Of a stretch of 64,000 bases of DNA, positions 36,766 to 47,347 are shown in pieces. The notes under the pieces were generated by a model, which was not told the origin of the DNA, did not search any database, and was given only the letters and a program-made list of their open reading frames with translations. Every line of letters starts with the position of its first letter. Positions within the stretch are counted from its first letter, which is position 1. Both the position numbers and the translations under genes were made by a program. This DNA is from Escherichia phage AV126, in the sequence record OR352956.1; one strand, 5' to 3'.

Positions 36766-37607
36766 TACCTCTCCTTATTAAGTAATACTGCTAAAGACTG
36801 TTCAATACCTTTATTTAAATCTGATTTTGTAAGATAGTGACTGGTTACTAGTTGTGACTTCACCGGACGTGCTGCTGGAGCATTATAGGTTGAAGCTGAT
36901 ACCGCCGATATCTTAACAGGTTCTGGCATCTGTGTCAAGATCTTTTCCGCAAACTCCGCCCAAGAAATAAGATGGCTTCCTGCAAAATGGTAAGTCTTAA
37001 CAGATCTTGACCAACCTGTTTTTAATACTTCAAAAATAGCTTCTGCTAAATCTGGGGCATATGTTGGACAAGAGAACTGATCAGCAACAATAATAAAATC
37101 ACGTTGTCCATCATTATAGCGAGACAACATGGTTTTTAGAAAGTTATTTCCAAATTCGCTATATACCGAGGCTGTTCGAATAATATATGCATTTGGGTTA
37201 ACTCCTCGCACCATTTTTTCACCAAGTTCTTTCGTATACCCATAATTGTTTATTGGGTTAGGTGTAGTATCTTCAAAAATAGGATGAGAATAATTAAAAA
37301 TATAGTCTGTAGAAATATGCACAAAATCAATTTTAAGTTTGCTGCACACTGCCGCAATATTTGCAGGTCCATACGCATTAACAGCCAAAGCAGTAGCAAA
37401 TTCATGTTCTGCTTTATCTACCGCCGTATAAGCGGCGCAATTAATAACACCATCTACATAATCTTCAACAATAGCGTTTCGCACAGCTTCAAAATTTGTA
37501 ATATCTACACGTTCTTTAGGATAAATTAAAGATACATTTGCAGGGGCAACTTTACGTAAAGCTTGTCCCAGTTGTCCATTACCACCCAATACCAAATATG
37601 TTAGCAT
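36765..37607 (-). CDS. rmlD: dTDP-4-dehydrorhamnose reductase
   Basis: N-terminal LVLGGNGQLGQAL Rossmann motif; size and position within rml cluster. Confidence 0.8.
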   Translation of the reverse strand: MLTYLVLGGNGQLGQALRKVAPANVSLIYPKERVDITNFEAVRNAIVEDYVDGVINCAAYTAVDKAEHEFATALAVNAYGPANIAAVCSKLKIDFVHISTDYIFNYSHPIFEDTTPNPINNYGYTKELGEKMVRGVNPNAYIIRTASVYSEFGNNFLKTMLSRYNDGQRDFIIVADQFSCPTYAPDLAEAIFEVLKTGWSRSVKTYHFAGSHLISWAEFAEKILTQMPEPVKISAVSASTYNAPAARPVKSQLVTSHYLTKSDLNKGIEQSLAVLLNKER

Positions 37608-38167
37608 ACACCCTCGCTACGTAACTGTTGAAAAGATTTAGCCATTGCATCTTTTGTTGATAGGATAGGTTTAAAACCTTCATCAAAAATCATATCGAAG
37701 CCCCAATCGATCCCTATATCAGGATCATCCCAACGTAAACTTTGTTCACTAGAAGAGTCGTATGGAGTTGTGCATTTGTATTCAAAGATAGCATCCATAC
37801 TCAAAACTATAAAACCATGTGCCAAACCAGGTGGAAGCCAAAACTGCGTATGGTGTCGTGCACGAAGAACAACACCGTCCCAAGCACCGTAAGTAGGACT
37901 ATCTTTACGTAAGTCTACAGCGAAATCCAATACTTCACCACTTACACAACGAACAAGCTTACCTTGCGGATTATTTGTTTGAAAGTGCATTCCTCGCAAA
38001 ACACCGAAGTTTGATTTAGACATGTTATCTTGAACGAAAGTTTGTCTACCAATAATATCTTCGTATTTTTGTTCATTATATGTTTCTAAAAAGAAACCAC
38101 GGTCATCTTTATAAACGTCTGGTTTGATAATTACCGCACCTTCAATTTTTGTCTTTTCTACTTTCAT
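37601..38167 (-). CDS. rmlC: dTDP-4-dehydrorhamnose 3,5-epimerase
   Basis: cupin-fold epimerase signature (DDRGFF..E, RGMHFQ); start trimmed to ATG at 38167, ATGA-coupled to rmlA. Confidence 0.8.
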   Translation of the reverse strand: MKVEKTKIEGAVIIKPDVYKDDRGFFLETYNEQKYEDIIGRQTFVQDNMSKSNFGVLRGMHFQTNNPQGKLVRCVSGEVLDFAVDLRKDSPTYGAWDGVVLRARHHTQFWLPPGLAHGFIVLSMDAIFEYKCTTPYDSSSEQSLRWDDPDIGIDWGFDMIFDEGFKPILSTKDAMAKSFQQLRSEGVC

Positions 38168-39042
38168 TTTCTCTCCGCTAATTTGAGTAGGTATTGCCCG
38201 TACTCTGTTTTCTTCAGTGAGTTTCCATGATATACCAAAGTCTCTAAAGAAATCCACCCTTTTTTGAAAGCAATTTCTTCCAGGCACGCAATCTTCAACC
38301 CTTGACGGTTCTCAATAGTCTGCACGAATTGACCAGCTTCCATCAGACTGGCGTGTGTTCCTGTGTCAAGCCAAGTAAATCCTCGTCCGAGAACTTCCAC
38401 TTGTAACTTCCTGTCTTCGAGGTAGCTGCGATTGATATCTGTGATCTCCAGTTCTCCCCGCGCGGAAGGGGTTACTTCTAATGCACGTTCAACAACAGAG
38501 TTATCATAGAAATACAAACCTGTGACAGCATAATCTGATTTAGGATTTTCAGGTTTCTCTTCAATAGAAATAGCTTGACGATTACTCCCAAATTCAACCA
38601 CACCGAATCGTTCAGGATCTTTCACCAAATACCCGAAGATACAAGCTCCGCCACAAACATCTACCATCTCACTGGCGTTAATCAGTAGTTTACCAAAGCT
38701 TTGTCCGAAGAATAGGTTGTCACCTAAAATAAGAGCAACAGAGTCTTCTCCGATAAAATCTTTACCGATGATGAAAGCGTCCGCAAGACCTCGTGGCTCG
38801 GATTGGATTGCGTAAGTGAGTTTTATCCCAAACATAGACCCATCTCCGAGAAGATACTCAAAGTCTTCCTGATCGCCTGGTGTGGTGATGATTAAGATAT
38901 CCTTAATGTCAGCCAACATCAATACCGATAAAGGGTAGTAGATCATGGGTTTGTCATACACAGGGAGCAATTGCTTGCTCACACTGCGTGTTACCGGATG
39001 AAGGCGGGTTCCACTTCCTCCCGCCAAAATAATACCTTTCAT
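38164..39042 (-). CDS. rmlA: glucose-1-phosphate thymidylyltransferase
   Basis: [14 protein letters not shown] nucleotidyltransferase motif; start trimmed to ATG at 39042 with AAGGAGGG SD. Confidence 0.85.
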   Translation of the reverse strand: MKGIILAGGSGTRLHPVTRSVSKQLLPVYDKPMIYYPLSVLMLADIKDILIITTPGDQEDFEYLLGDGSMFGIKLTYAIQSEPRGLADAFIIGKDFIGEDSVALILGDNLFFGQSFGKLLINASEMVDVCGGACIFGYLVKDPERFGVVEFGSNRQAISIEEKPENPKSDYAVTGLYFYDNSVVERALEVTPSARGELEITDINRSYLEDRKLQVEVLGRGFTWLDTGTHASLMEAGQFVQTIENRQGLKIACLEEIAFKKGWISLETLVYHGNSLKKTEYGQYLLKLAERK

Positions 39043-39050
39043 AGCCCTCC

Positions 39051-40043
39051 TTAAATCTTCCCACTCCACCATTGAGGGTTGTTTAAGTACCATTCAATCG
39101 TTGAGTAGAGATCTTGTTCAAATGTAGAGTTTGCACTCCAACCCAGTTCAGACTCTATTTTAGAAGGATTGATTTCATAACGCAAGTCATGTCCTTTACG
39201 ATCTTCAACAAAAGTTATCAAGTTGGAAGAAGGGTAGGTTCCTGCTTCTGGATGTACAGCATCCATGTAGTCACAAACCATATAGATGATCTCCATATTG
39301 GTTTTGGGATTACGTGTTCCAACATTATACGTTTGACCTGGTTCTCCACCTGTTGCCACTTGAAGAATAGCTCGCGCATGATCCTCAACAAAAAGCCAGT
39401 CTCGCACCTGATCGCCTTTACCATACACCGGAATCTCTTTATTCGTCAAGATACTTGTGATGATTTTTGGGATCAGCTTTTCTGGATGTTGATAAGGTCC
39501 AAAGTTATTGGAGCAGTTGGTTATCACAACAGGTAAACCGTAGGTACGGTACCAAGCTTTCACAAGATGGTCAGATGCTGCCTTAGACGCACTGTACGGG
39601 CTTGAAGGGGCATAAGCTGTCTCTTCGGTAAAGGGAACGCCAGAGTCTGCCATATCGCCGTACACTTCGTCTGTGGAGACGTGTACGAACATCTTCAGTT
39701 TATTTTTTGGGAGGAGCCTTGCAGCTTCCAATAAATTGTATGTGCCAATAATATTGGAGTCGATGAAAACTCGTGGATTCTTGATAGAATTATCCACATG
39801 ACTCTCTGCCGCTAAGTGAATGATGAAATCGGGATTGCACTCTACTACTAAACTTTTGACCTGGGTTTCGTTTGCCAAATCTGTTATGCTTAGTTTAACG
39901 TGAGTGATATCGCCTACATTCTCAATATCTGCTGCATAGCCCATCTTATCAACGACAAAAACTTCGTTATTGGGATCTTGACAAAGAGAGCGCACCACGG
40001 CACTCCCAATAAAACCAAGACCACCTGTTACCAGATAGCGCAT
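39051..40043 (-). CDS. rmlB: dTDP-glucose 4,6-dehydratase
   Basis: [13 protein letters not shown] Rossmann motif, YSASKAASD catalytic YxxxK context. Confidence 0.85.
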   Translation of the reverse strand: MRYLVTGGLGFIGSAVVRSLCQDPNNEVFVVDKMGYAADIENVGDITHVKLSITDLANETQVKSLVVECNPDFIIHLAAESHVDNSIKNPRVFIDSNIIGTYNLLEAARLLPKNKLKMFVHVSTDEVYGDMADSGVPFTEETAYAPSSPYSASKAASDHLVKAWYRTYGLPVVITNCSNNFGPYQHPEKLIPKIITSILTNKEIPVYGKGDQVRDWLFVEDHARAILQVATGGEPGQTYNVGTRNPKTNMEIIYMVCDYMDAVHPEAGTYPSSNLITFVEDRKGHDLRYEINPSKIESELGWSANSTFEQDLYSTIEWYLNNPQWWSGKI

Positions 40044-40052
40044 CAGTTCTCC

Positions 40053-40379
40053 TTACCAGACATGTTGAGAAATAATAGTTTCCGTTTTAATGTTATATTT
40101 TTCAAGTAGCTTTGCATAGGCTTCTTTTGCATTCTCATTCAATTGCTCAAGATCTACAGCTATGCTTCCTTCTCCGCCTTCTAAATCAAGGCCATATATG
40201 CAATAAGACTCATCCGCATCGTAGAAAGGAGAGATGCGGCTTAAGTCAAGACCTTCTTGTAAGAACCAGTTAAAATCTCCGTCAAATTCTTCTTCAATTC
40301 TAGGATCTTCTCCTACAGCCTCTTCCCACTTATTAAAAGGTGCACCCTGTAACATACGCCATTCGATATCAATACCCAT
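40053..40379 (-). CDS. hypothetical acidic protein (108 aa)
   Basis: ORF in operon. Confidence 0.5.
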   Translation of the reverse strand: MGIDIEWRMLQGAPFNKWEEAVGEDPRIEEEFDGDFNWFLQEGLDLSRISPFYDADESYCIYGLDLEGGEGSIAVDLEQLNENAKEAYAKLLEKYNIKTETIISQHVW

Positions 40380-40522
40380 TTTTCATCTCCTCCTCTTCTT
40401 GAGCAGCTTTAATAATTGCTTCATAAATATCGTAAGCAATGCCTCCACAACATCTAGCTTCGAAAGCTATTGCTTCTGCAATGTGATCTGTTAATTCTCG
40501 TGGAATGCGAACATACTCTTTT

Positions 40523-40675
40523 TCACTCTCCATCTTCTACCTCCAACCCTTCTTTTTCAAAGACTACTACTCGTCCCTCACCATGACAATTCAGGCAAGG
40601 AAATGTTACCATAATTTCCACTTCCATCTGTCCCGTCCCACCGCACACAGGACAAAAAATAAGTTTTTCAGCCAC
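40523..40675 (-). CDS. hypothetical zinc-ribbon mini-protein (50 aa, GTG start)
   Basis: CPVCGG ... CLNCHG; AGGAGGA SD; below the ORF-track cutoff. Confidence 0.35.
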   Translation of the reverse strand: MAEKLIFCPVCGGTGQMEVEIMVTFPCLNCHGEGRVVVFEKEGLEVEDGE

Positions 40676-40884
40676 TATTCCTCCTTAATTATTTCAAATT
40701 TGGCAACACCATTTACAATAATATGACCACAAGACATAACTCCTAGCCAAGGATCGCCGTTTTTCTTCAGGCGTTTACCGAATACATCACAAAAACCATT
40801 CTTCATTTCAGAGGCTTCATAAGAAGCCCCTTTATCAAAAACGTCTTTGAATGTGTCGATTATACCAACACATTTCAAAATCAT
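40675..40884 (-). CDS. hypothetical protein (69 aa)
   Basis: coupled to nrdB. Confidence 0.45.
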   Translation of the reverse strand: MILKCVGIIDTFKDVFDKGASYEASEMKNGFCDVFGKRLKKNGDPWLGVMSCGHIIVNGVAKFEIIKEE

Positions 40885-41969
40885 TCGAAGTCAAGCTCCT
40901 CATCATCAGAGAGATCTTTGTTAGCTGAATTCAATTTGTAATTAGTTAACTGAATCTCTTGGGCTGCTGACTGAATCAAATCAGGATTCAACCATTTTTC
41001 CATCCAAGCTAAAGGACTGTGTTTAGGTGCTTTAAACTTGGCTTTCATTTTCAATCGACGATAAATAGGAGCAGCATTGAAATAAACCCACTGTTTAGAC
41101 AATTCGGCGTTAAGACCTACAATAAAACGACCTTCACTAAACAGGTAGTCACACCACTGTTCCTCTTGTTCAACAACAGTGTCGAGGATCAAAGTCAACT
41201 CTTCAATATTGTCTTCGTAAATTTTACGCCAAATTGGGTCATGCATCAATGCATCAATTACAGCATAATCCATCTTAACATGCAAGATTTCATCTAGCAT
41301 AATTTTCTGGATCAGTTTACAAGCTCCAACAAACAGTTGTTGTTCTGCCATAGCAAAAGTAGCAGAGAAGGAAGATATAAACTGGATACCTTCTAACCCA
41401 ATCAGGGCTACCATCCCTTTAAGAATCAGCAATCGAAGTTCATCGTTAGCTTCAATCAATCCTAGAGCATACTTATGACCAGCTTCTTCCAACTGACCCA
41501 TGATATCAGCAATGATACCCATACGATTGAAAATTTTATCATTAACCATAATCTGATTGATGACTTCAATTGGATCTGGAGTACATTGACGGATTATTTC
41601 AGAATACGTTAACGCATGGAGAACTTCCATTTCACTCTGCTTCATCATCATAGCACAGGCTTCATTGTTACTCAAGAATGGAGAGAACAAAGTGATGATT
41701 GATTTTGCAAGAGAATCATTTTCCCATTGGAACGATAAGTTTTTAATCATAACATCATAGTTGTTTTTAGAACAAGCTACGAAATCTTTACGTGTCTGAT
41801 CTAGATTAACTTCGTTTTCATCCCAATCTTGTGCTTTTTGAAGTTTGTAGAGTTTGTGCATTTCTGGATAAGTTACGTTAACAGAATCAAAGATCCCTAA
41901 TTGCTCCCCCAAAAATACTGGATATTTTCCTGTTTTGTAAACTTCATTGTGTAAATTAATTGCTGCCAT
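40881..41969 (-). CDS. nrdB: ribonucleotide reductase small subunit (class Ia beta)
   Basis: di-iron ligand motifs EGIQFISSF and DEILH; size ~360 aa. Confidence 0.85.
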   Translation of the reverse strand: MAAINLHNEVYKTGKYPVFLGEQLGIFDSVNVTYPEMHKLYKLQKAQDWDENEVNLDQTRKDFVACSKNNYDVMIKNLSFQWENDSLAKSIITLFSPFLSNNEACAMMMKQSEMEVLHALTYSEIIRQCTPDPIEVINQIMVNDKIFNRMGIIADIMGQLEEAGHKYALGLIEANDELRLLILKGMVALIGLEGIQFISSFSATFAMAEQQLFVGACKLIQKIMLDEILHVKMDYAVIDALMHDPIWRKIYEDNIEELTLILDTVVEQEEQWCDYLFSEGRFIVGLNAELSKQWVYFNAAPIYRRLKMKAKFKAPKHSPLAWMEKWLNPDLIQSAAQEIQLTNYKLNSANKDLSDDEELDFE

Positions 41970-42012
41970 TTAAAATTCTCCTCAATAAAAGGGGGCCGAA
42001 GCCCCTTTATAT

Positions 42013-42669
42013 TTAGCCTCGAAATACTGTTTTTGTTTCCGCCAGGTGCCAATAGAAATCAGCTTTGTTTACAAGAGTGTTGTACACCTCTGGATAAAAA
42101 TGTTCTTCCTCTTTGTAACGATCTGCTGTTTCCCTGATTGACTTAGCTTTATCCTTTAGCCAAGCGAAGTGTGCCTCTTCCTCTGTAGAGAAGTAGCCTA
42201 AATGCTTTCCTTTACTCCCAGAAGCTTTGGCATAAATCTTACCATCTTTCCTAACATGTGCTCCTAGTAAGTATTTTCTTTCATACCTCTTAGCATAACT
42301 TAAGAGTGTATTTATATAAGGAGGAACAAACCTACAATATTCAGGACAATAAACAGTATTTCCTTCAAGAACAAGATCTTTATCTAAAACAAAGCCTTCC
42401 ACATTGTGTTCTTGATACTAGTTATCAAAGTTTGAAAAGGTGAACCAAGCATCACACACAGTAACATCTTTATAACCTGGTCTAATGTTTTCCATACGAT
42501 ATGCACGATTAAACATGCCTTTCCAAGCTGCATAGGAAGGGTCTATGAATGTATTAACCCTTTTCCCATTGATAACACCACCTTCCCACAATCTACGTTC
42601 AACATCCACAATCAAGGGGATTTCTCCCCTCTCTGTGAGAACGGTAACTTTACGTTTACCCTTCTTCAT
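42013..42669 (-). pseudogene. homing-endonuclease-like gene (AP2-domain type) interrupted by an in-frame TAG
   Basis: ORFs 42418..42669 and 42013..42402 are in the same frame, separated by an amber codon at 42418-42420; C-terminal part has an AP2-like HLGYFSTEEEAHFAW motif. Confidence 0.45.
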
Positions 42670-42680
42670 CTGTTCTCCTA

Positions 42681-44924
42681 CTACATTTTACAGGCACTAC
42701 ACCCTTCGTCTTCAGAATCTTCTTGTGCTAAAGAATCTGCTGATTTTGTTCTACTGTTAAGGTAATACAATGACTTACCACCCAGTCTAGCAAAATTCAG
42801 AATAAACTGCATCTCAGCTTTCACTGATAAACGTCCACCTACCAATTTAGAATAATCTAGCCAAGAATCACAAGAAATTCCTTGGTCCGTAAACTTGGTA
42901 AAGATACCATACATTTCTGCAAGATCTTTAGCCGGAGTGTCCCAGGCAGACTGGTAGAACATTTTCAGTTTTTCATAATCTGGAACAATAAATAATACGC
43001 TACCTTTCTGACTTTGTTTATACATAATAGTATCACGAACAGGGTACAGAGAGTTAGTAGTATTGCTTACCAAACTGCTGGACTCATTAGGTGCAATAGC
43101 AGCCAAGACACTGTTACGGATACCACCTTGTTCAATGATTTCAGCACGTAAGCCTTCCCAGTCCATTTTAAGATCAAAATTACCGATACTATCTACTGTT
43201 TTAGCATAAGTGTCAATTGGTAGCCAACCTTGAGGCCATTTGGTCTTATCGATCCATTCTGCATTACCTTTTTCCTTAGCCAGACGCAGAGAGGCTTTTG
43301 CCAACCAAAAGTAATGACGTTCTGCAAGTTCATGCATTAATTTTTTAGCATAAGCATCTGAATAATTTACAAAATTACTTGCCAAATAATGCGCTAAGTT
43401 TGTAATACCTACACCAATAGATCTACGTGCTTTAGCAGTTATTTCGTTATGTTTAAATGGATAATCCATTGTTTCAATAACGTTGTCAATTGTCAATACA
43501 GTGTAGTATGCAACATCCTCATATTCTTCAGGTAAGACACGACCAGCGACAATAGAAGATAAGAAGCATAAAGCCAATTCTTGATCTTCTGTATTCTCAC
43601 CAGTAAAGAGATCCGGCATACTGTGGAAAGCTTTAGTTGGTAAGAAGATCTCTTGACACAGGTTTGATTGATACACCGTATCCAGGAAAGGTGTATGGTT
43701 GTTAACGTTGTCAGCAAAGAACATGTAAATACGTCCTGTTTCTGCACGTTGAACAATAATCTCTGTCAGAAGATCACGAGCCTTAACAAATTTTTTCTTA
43801 ATGCGACGACGGCTTACTTTGTCATAAACTGCATCAAACTCTTCTTCACTTTTATACAAGGCTTCATAAAGTTCAGGAGCATCATCACAACTAACTAACA
43901 TCCAGTCTTCGTTTTTTGCTGCTCGACGCAAGAACGAACGGTTAACAACAATAGAATAATCTAGTTTGTCTACTCGTTTATCTATAGGTGTTGTTGGATT
44001 CTTCAGTCGAATCAGATCGTCGAAGTCTGGTTCAAGTATGGTAAAGGTAACTGTAGCACTACCTCCACGGCTTGCTTGCTTCGAAGCTCCAACACTATCT
44101 TCCATCCATTTCAGATATGGAAGAAGACCACCATGAATAATACGATTATTCTTAACACCTTGACCTGTGGCACGAGTTTGAAGATTAACACCAATACCTG
44201 CGTTATTCAACGTATACTCATGAGCTAAGTAATTAGCAATGGCTAAAGACTCTGCCGTATCGTCTGCACGGAACAAACAACAAGACGCACTTCCTTTGAT
44301 TGGAGTTCGTAGAGTTGTCAGATACGGCGATGGCAGATTAATCTTGAGATCGCTAACATAAGTATAAAGTTTTTTAATATCTTCTATACGGCGTTCTTTT
44401 GGTTGGATCTCCATAACCTTCATTGCGATACCAATGAAAAGAAACTGTGGAGACTCATGCACCACATCGTTTACTGCATCTCGAATAAGATATTTATCTA
44501 CCATCTGACGTAAAACAGAATAACCATAAGTTAGATTTTTATTATGCTTTACAATCTTACCGATTTCTTTGATCTCTTCATCAGTATAATCCATTTTAGC
44601 CCAATGTCCACGTTCTACCATATCATGATAAAAGGTATTCAGTGAAGGGATACTGTGGTATCCCCCATGAGCCTGTTTGTAAATCATACCCAGAAGAAGT
44701 CTTCCTGCCATATCACTGTAAGCTTGTGTTTTCTTGTCAATACACGCTGCAATCATTGCTTTATGCAGATCACGTGTAGACACACCGTCATAACACCGCT
44801 TCACAGCTTCTAATTCAATTTCAGACCAGTTTAGTTTACCTGCTGCAAATTCAGACCACTTGCGAAGTTTTTCTGGATTAAACTCCTCTGTCTTACCATT
44901 AGATTTAGTTACAAAACGAATCAA
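42681..44924 (-). CDS. nrdA: ribonucleotide reductase large subunit (class Ia alpha)
   Basis: N-terminal ATP-cone, ~750 aa, adjacent to nrdB. Confidence 0.9.
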   Translation of the reverse strand: MIRFVTKSNGKTEEFNPEKLRKWSEFAAGKLNWSEIELEAVKRCYDGVSTRDLHKAMIAACIDKKTQAYSDMAGRLLLGMIYKQAHGGYHSIPSLNTFYHDMVERGHWAKMDYTDEEIKEIGKIVKHNKNLTYGYSVLRQMVDKYLIRDAVNDVVHESPQFLFIGIAMKVMEIQPKERRIEDIKKLYTYVSDLKINLPSPYLTTLRTPIKGSASCCLFRADDTAESLAIANYLAHEYTLNNAGIGVNLQTRATGQGVKNNRIIHGGLLPYLKWMEDSVGASKQASRGGSATVTFTILEPDFDDLIRLKNPTTPIDKRVDKLDYSIVVNRSFLRRAAKNEDWMLVSCDDAPELYEALYKSEEEFDAVYDKVSRRRIKKKFVKARDLLTEIIVQRAETGRIYMFFADNVNNHTPFLDTVYQSNLCQEIFLPTKAFHSMPDLFTGENTEDQELALCFLSSIVAGRVLPEEYEDVAYYTVLTIDNVIETMDYPFKHNEITAKARRSIGVGITNLAHYLASNFVNYSDAYAKKLMHELAERHYFWLAKASLRLAKEKGNAEWIDKTKWPQGWLPIDTYAKTVDSIGNFDLKMDWEGLRAEIIEQGGIRNSVLAAIAPNESSSLVSNTTNSLYPVRDTIMYKQSQKGSVLFIVPDYEKLKMFYQSAWDTPAKDLAEMYGIFTKFTDQGISCDSWLDYSKLVGGRLSVKAEMQFILNFARLGGKSLYYLNSRTKSADSLAQEDSEDEGCSACKM

Positions 44925-44940
44925 CTTCTCCTCCCTATTA

Positions 44941-45195
44941 TTAATGCATATTCAAAACATCTACATCATAACCGAACTTCATTTCATTAAAAAGTCCATT
45001 AGCATATAGAAAACCTTCAAAATGAGTTATGTCATCAAACCCTTTTGCTTTTGCTCGACGGTCTGCTTCTTGTCTTTTAGGAGATAAACGTTTTGAAGTG
45101 TCTAGAATTACAGTTACATTACAACCAACAGTTTCATCAAAATAGACTTCGATTTCACAGCCTTCATATTTATTATCAGTCATTGTCCCTCTCAT
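44941..45195 (-). CDS. hypothetical protein (84 aa)
   Basis: ORF in operon. Confidence 0.45.
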   Translation of the reverse strand: MRGTMTDNKYEGCEIEVYFDETVGCNVTVILDTSKRLSPKRQEADRRAKAKGFDDITHFEGFLYANGLFNEMKFGYDVDVLNMH

Positions 45196-45635
45196 TGATT
45201 AGTATCATCTGCTTTCGCAGGATCATAAGAGTTACCGAAATCATCCATCTTAATATGTGACGCACCCCAACCTGTAAATTCTTCATCACCAAAATGAAAA
45301 ATATCATTTTCTTGATAGATTCGTTTAAAACCACAATTAGGTGAAACAGGGAAAGTGAAAAGCGTTGTATTTGCAAACACTACTCGCTTATCGTTATTGC
45401 TTCGGATATTCACATTACGCTCAACAGAATAGTGTGAATCTTCAGCCATACCCAGCATTACAAGCGACGCTCTAATAACAGCATTTTGTTTCTCGTGTGG
45501 GATATTGCCATTGTGTTTATTTGATTCTAGTTTCCAGATAGGGGTAGACATTACAGTAGACATGCTTACGGTAGCCCAAGTTGTAGTATTTACTAATGAC
45601 ATATTTTCTCCTTCATTTTGAATGGGAGGACTCAC
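45192..45635 (-). CDS. hypothetical protein (start uncertain)
   Basis: coupled ORF. Confidence 0.45.
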   Translation of the reverse strand: MSPPIQNEGENMSLVNTTTWATVSMSTVMSTPIWKLESNKHNGNIPHEKQNAVIRASLVMLGMAEDSHYSVERNVNIRSNNDKRVVFANTTLFTFPVSPNCGFKRIYQENDIFHFGDEEFTGWGASHIKMDDFGNSYDPAKADDTNQ

Positions 45636-45700
45636 CTCCTCCCAGTATTGTGCTATATTATACTAAAACTAATACTAAAGTCAATAGCTATTTAAACAGA

Positions 45701-46693
45701 TCACCATTTAGTATGATTTGTTAAAAGTTGACGATGTTGAATCCAGCCTTTGAAATTTCCAGACCACAAACAACATTTACGATCCATATGTGTAATACCT
45801 TCTTCCCAAGTAGTAGGGAATGGGGGCATATTAACACCACCTTTTTGTTGTTTTAATCCTGACAAATCCATTTCTTTCATTGGAGTTGCTTGATGTTCAA
45901 ACGGAGAAGCATGGACTTTACGTCCAGTCAGCAAACGCCCGTAGATATCCAAAGCTTTATCTTTGGTTGCATTTAAACGACGATAGCTAACCTGTGCACA
46001 ACACGAAGCTGAAATAGCTTTGGCTTCTTCCAAAGTAAGCACAACGACTTCTCCAGATTCATCTTGAACGTAGTATCCACCAAAAACAAAATGATCGTCA
46101 CCTTCTGTGCCAATAGTATCATAGAAATGGTCTACATAAGGTGTGTGCCATTGCCCTGGTTTCAGCACTTCTGGTGTAGATCCTTCATACTCTTTGTGCA
46201 TCTCTTTAGCCAAAGCTTCGATAGTAGGATCGGCTTCTTTGTCATCACGTAGCCACCAGAAATTTTCATATTCTGTTGCTGTCAGAACTGTTTTAATTCG
46301 TTGGAAAGGTTCCAGAAGACGGTTTGCAACTTGTTTGTGGTACCCTGCCAAAGAGAATTCTTCTGCAAAACGTGCTGCACTAAGCGCGGCAAGATCCCAC
46401 CACTCTTGAGCAGTATAACCTGCATCAATAAGAGCGTCATGATCAACACCTTTATCCTGCATACCAGGTTGGTTAGCCCCAAAACGATAAGGACGAGCAG
46501 GTTGATTTCGCACCATTTCAATCAGTGTTTTAACAGGTATAGCACGGCTAGAAGCAGCATTACGACTGAACATGCGGTGAGTCATCAATTCTGAATGAAT
46601 AATACGTGGATATTCTAGTTCAAAAGTTACAATCTCTTTTCCGTCTTCAGTGATGGAATGCGCAATAATACTAGCCGAAATCTGTTTTGTCAT
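45701..46693 (-). CDS. thyX: flavin-dependent thymidylate synthase
   Basis: ThyX signature RHRxxSxxxxSxR present as THRMFSRNAASSRA. Confidence 0.85.
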   Translation of the reverse strand: MTKQISASIIAHSITEDGKEIVTFELEYPRIIHSELMTHRMFSRNAASSRAIPVKTLIEMVRNQPARPYRFGANQPGMQDKGVDHDALIDAGYTAQEWWDLAALSAARFAEEFSLAGYHKQVANRLLEPFQRIKTVLTATEYENFWWLRDDKEADPTIEALAKEMHKEYEGSTPEVLKPGQWHTPYVDHFYDTIGTEGDDHFVFGGYYVQDESGEVVVLTLEEAKAISASCCAQVSYRRLNATKDKALDIYGRLLTGRKVHASPFEHQATPMKEMDLSGLKQQKGGVNMPPFPTTWEEGITHMDRKCCLWSGNFKGWIQHRQLLTNHTKW

Positions 46694-46702
46694 TTTTTCT
46701 CC

Positions 46703-47311
46703 TTAGTTTTTAAAATTGTTCAAAGTGTTAAAAACGTCCAAACATGTTAGCCACTGATCTTCTAAACCTGTGATCACAACATTTGGTTTTTTCTTTAGTT
46801 CTTCTAGATGGTTATCTTTATAAGGTGTATTAAAATATATTTTAACCACTTCATCTGGAAAATATAGTAGGTTATCAGCCCTGTCATCTATTGCTATATC
46901 ACAAGGCAATAAATATTTTTCTTTTGTAGCAAAAAAGCCGTTACCAGATCCTTTGCTAAAATCAATCGTATCTAATGTTCTTAAAACATGTTTATGTTTA
47001 GAACTTAAGTGACCACCTTTTGTAACACTTGCGATCAAAAGATTACTACCTTTTCTTGAAACATATTTTAAGAAATCCGGCATACCTGTAACAAAACCCA
47101 TTGTATCATAGAGATGAGGATTATCCAGAAATCCGTAAGGATCTATATTGAACTCCTCCCTGAAACCAGGGAAGTAGTTGGTAAGATCGTAGTCTGCATT
47201 TTTTGTGAATGTGTCTATCTTAACACCAAGTCCACTAATCTTATTCAACCATTCTAACCAAGCAACATCTAATGGAGCCACAACTAAATCCCAATCACAT
47301 ACTATCTGCAT
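46703..47311 (-). CDS. HAD-superfamily hydrolase, possible 5'-deoxyribonucleotidase
   Basis: N-terminal CDWDLVV (DxDxV HAD motif I). Confidence 0.4.
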   Translation of the reverse strand: MQIVCDWDLVVAPLDVAWLEWLNKISGLGVKIDTFTKNADYDLTNYFPGFREEFNIDPYGFLDNPHLYDTMGFVTGMPDFLKYVSRKGSNLLIASVTKGGHLSSKHKHVLRTLDTIDFSKGSGNGFFATKEKYLLPCDIAIDDRADNLLYFPDEVVKIYFNTPYKDNHLEELKKKPNVVITGLEDQWLTCLDVFNTLNNFKN

Positions 47312-47347
47312 AAAACCTCCTCTCTCTTTTAGTATAGTTATCTTATA

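Noticed and set aside
36765-40043. rml genes as bacterial contamination or a chimeric assembly
   Set aside because: By eye, composition and codon usage match the flanking phage genes, and the genes are translationally coupled (ATGA overlaps) with phage neighbours on both sides. This still needs read-level confirmation.
37284-46594. Plus-strand ORFs inside rmlD, rmlB, nrdA and thyX (37284..37529, 39114..39536, 43668..43898, 46143..46409, 46301..46594)
   Set aside because: They are shadow ORFs antisense to genes with strong motif support.
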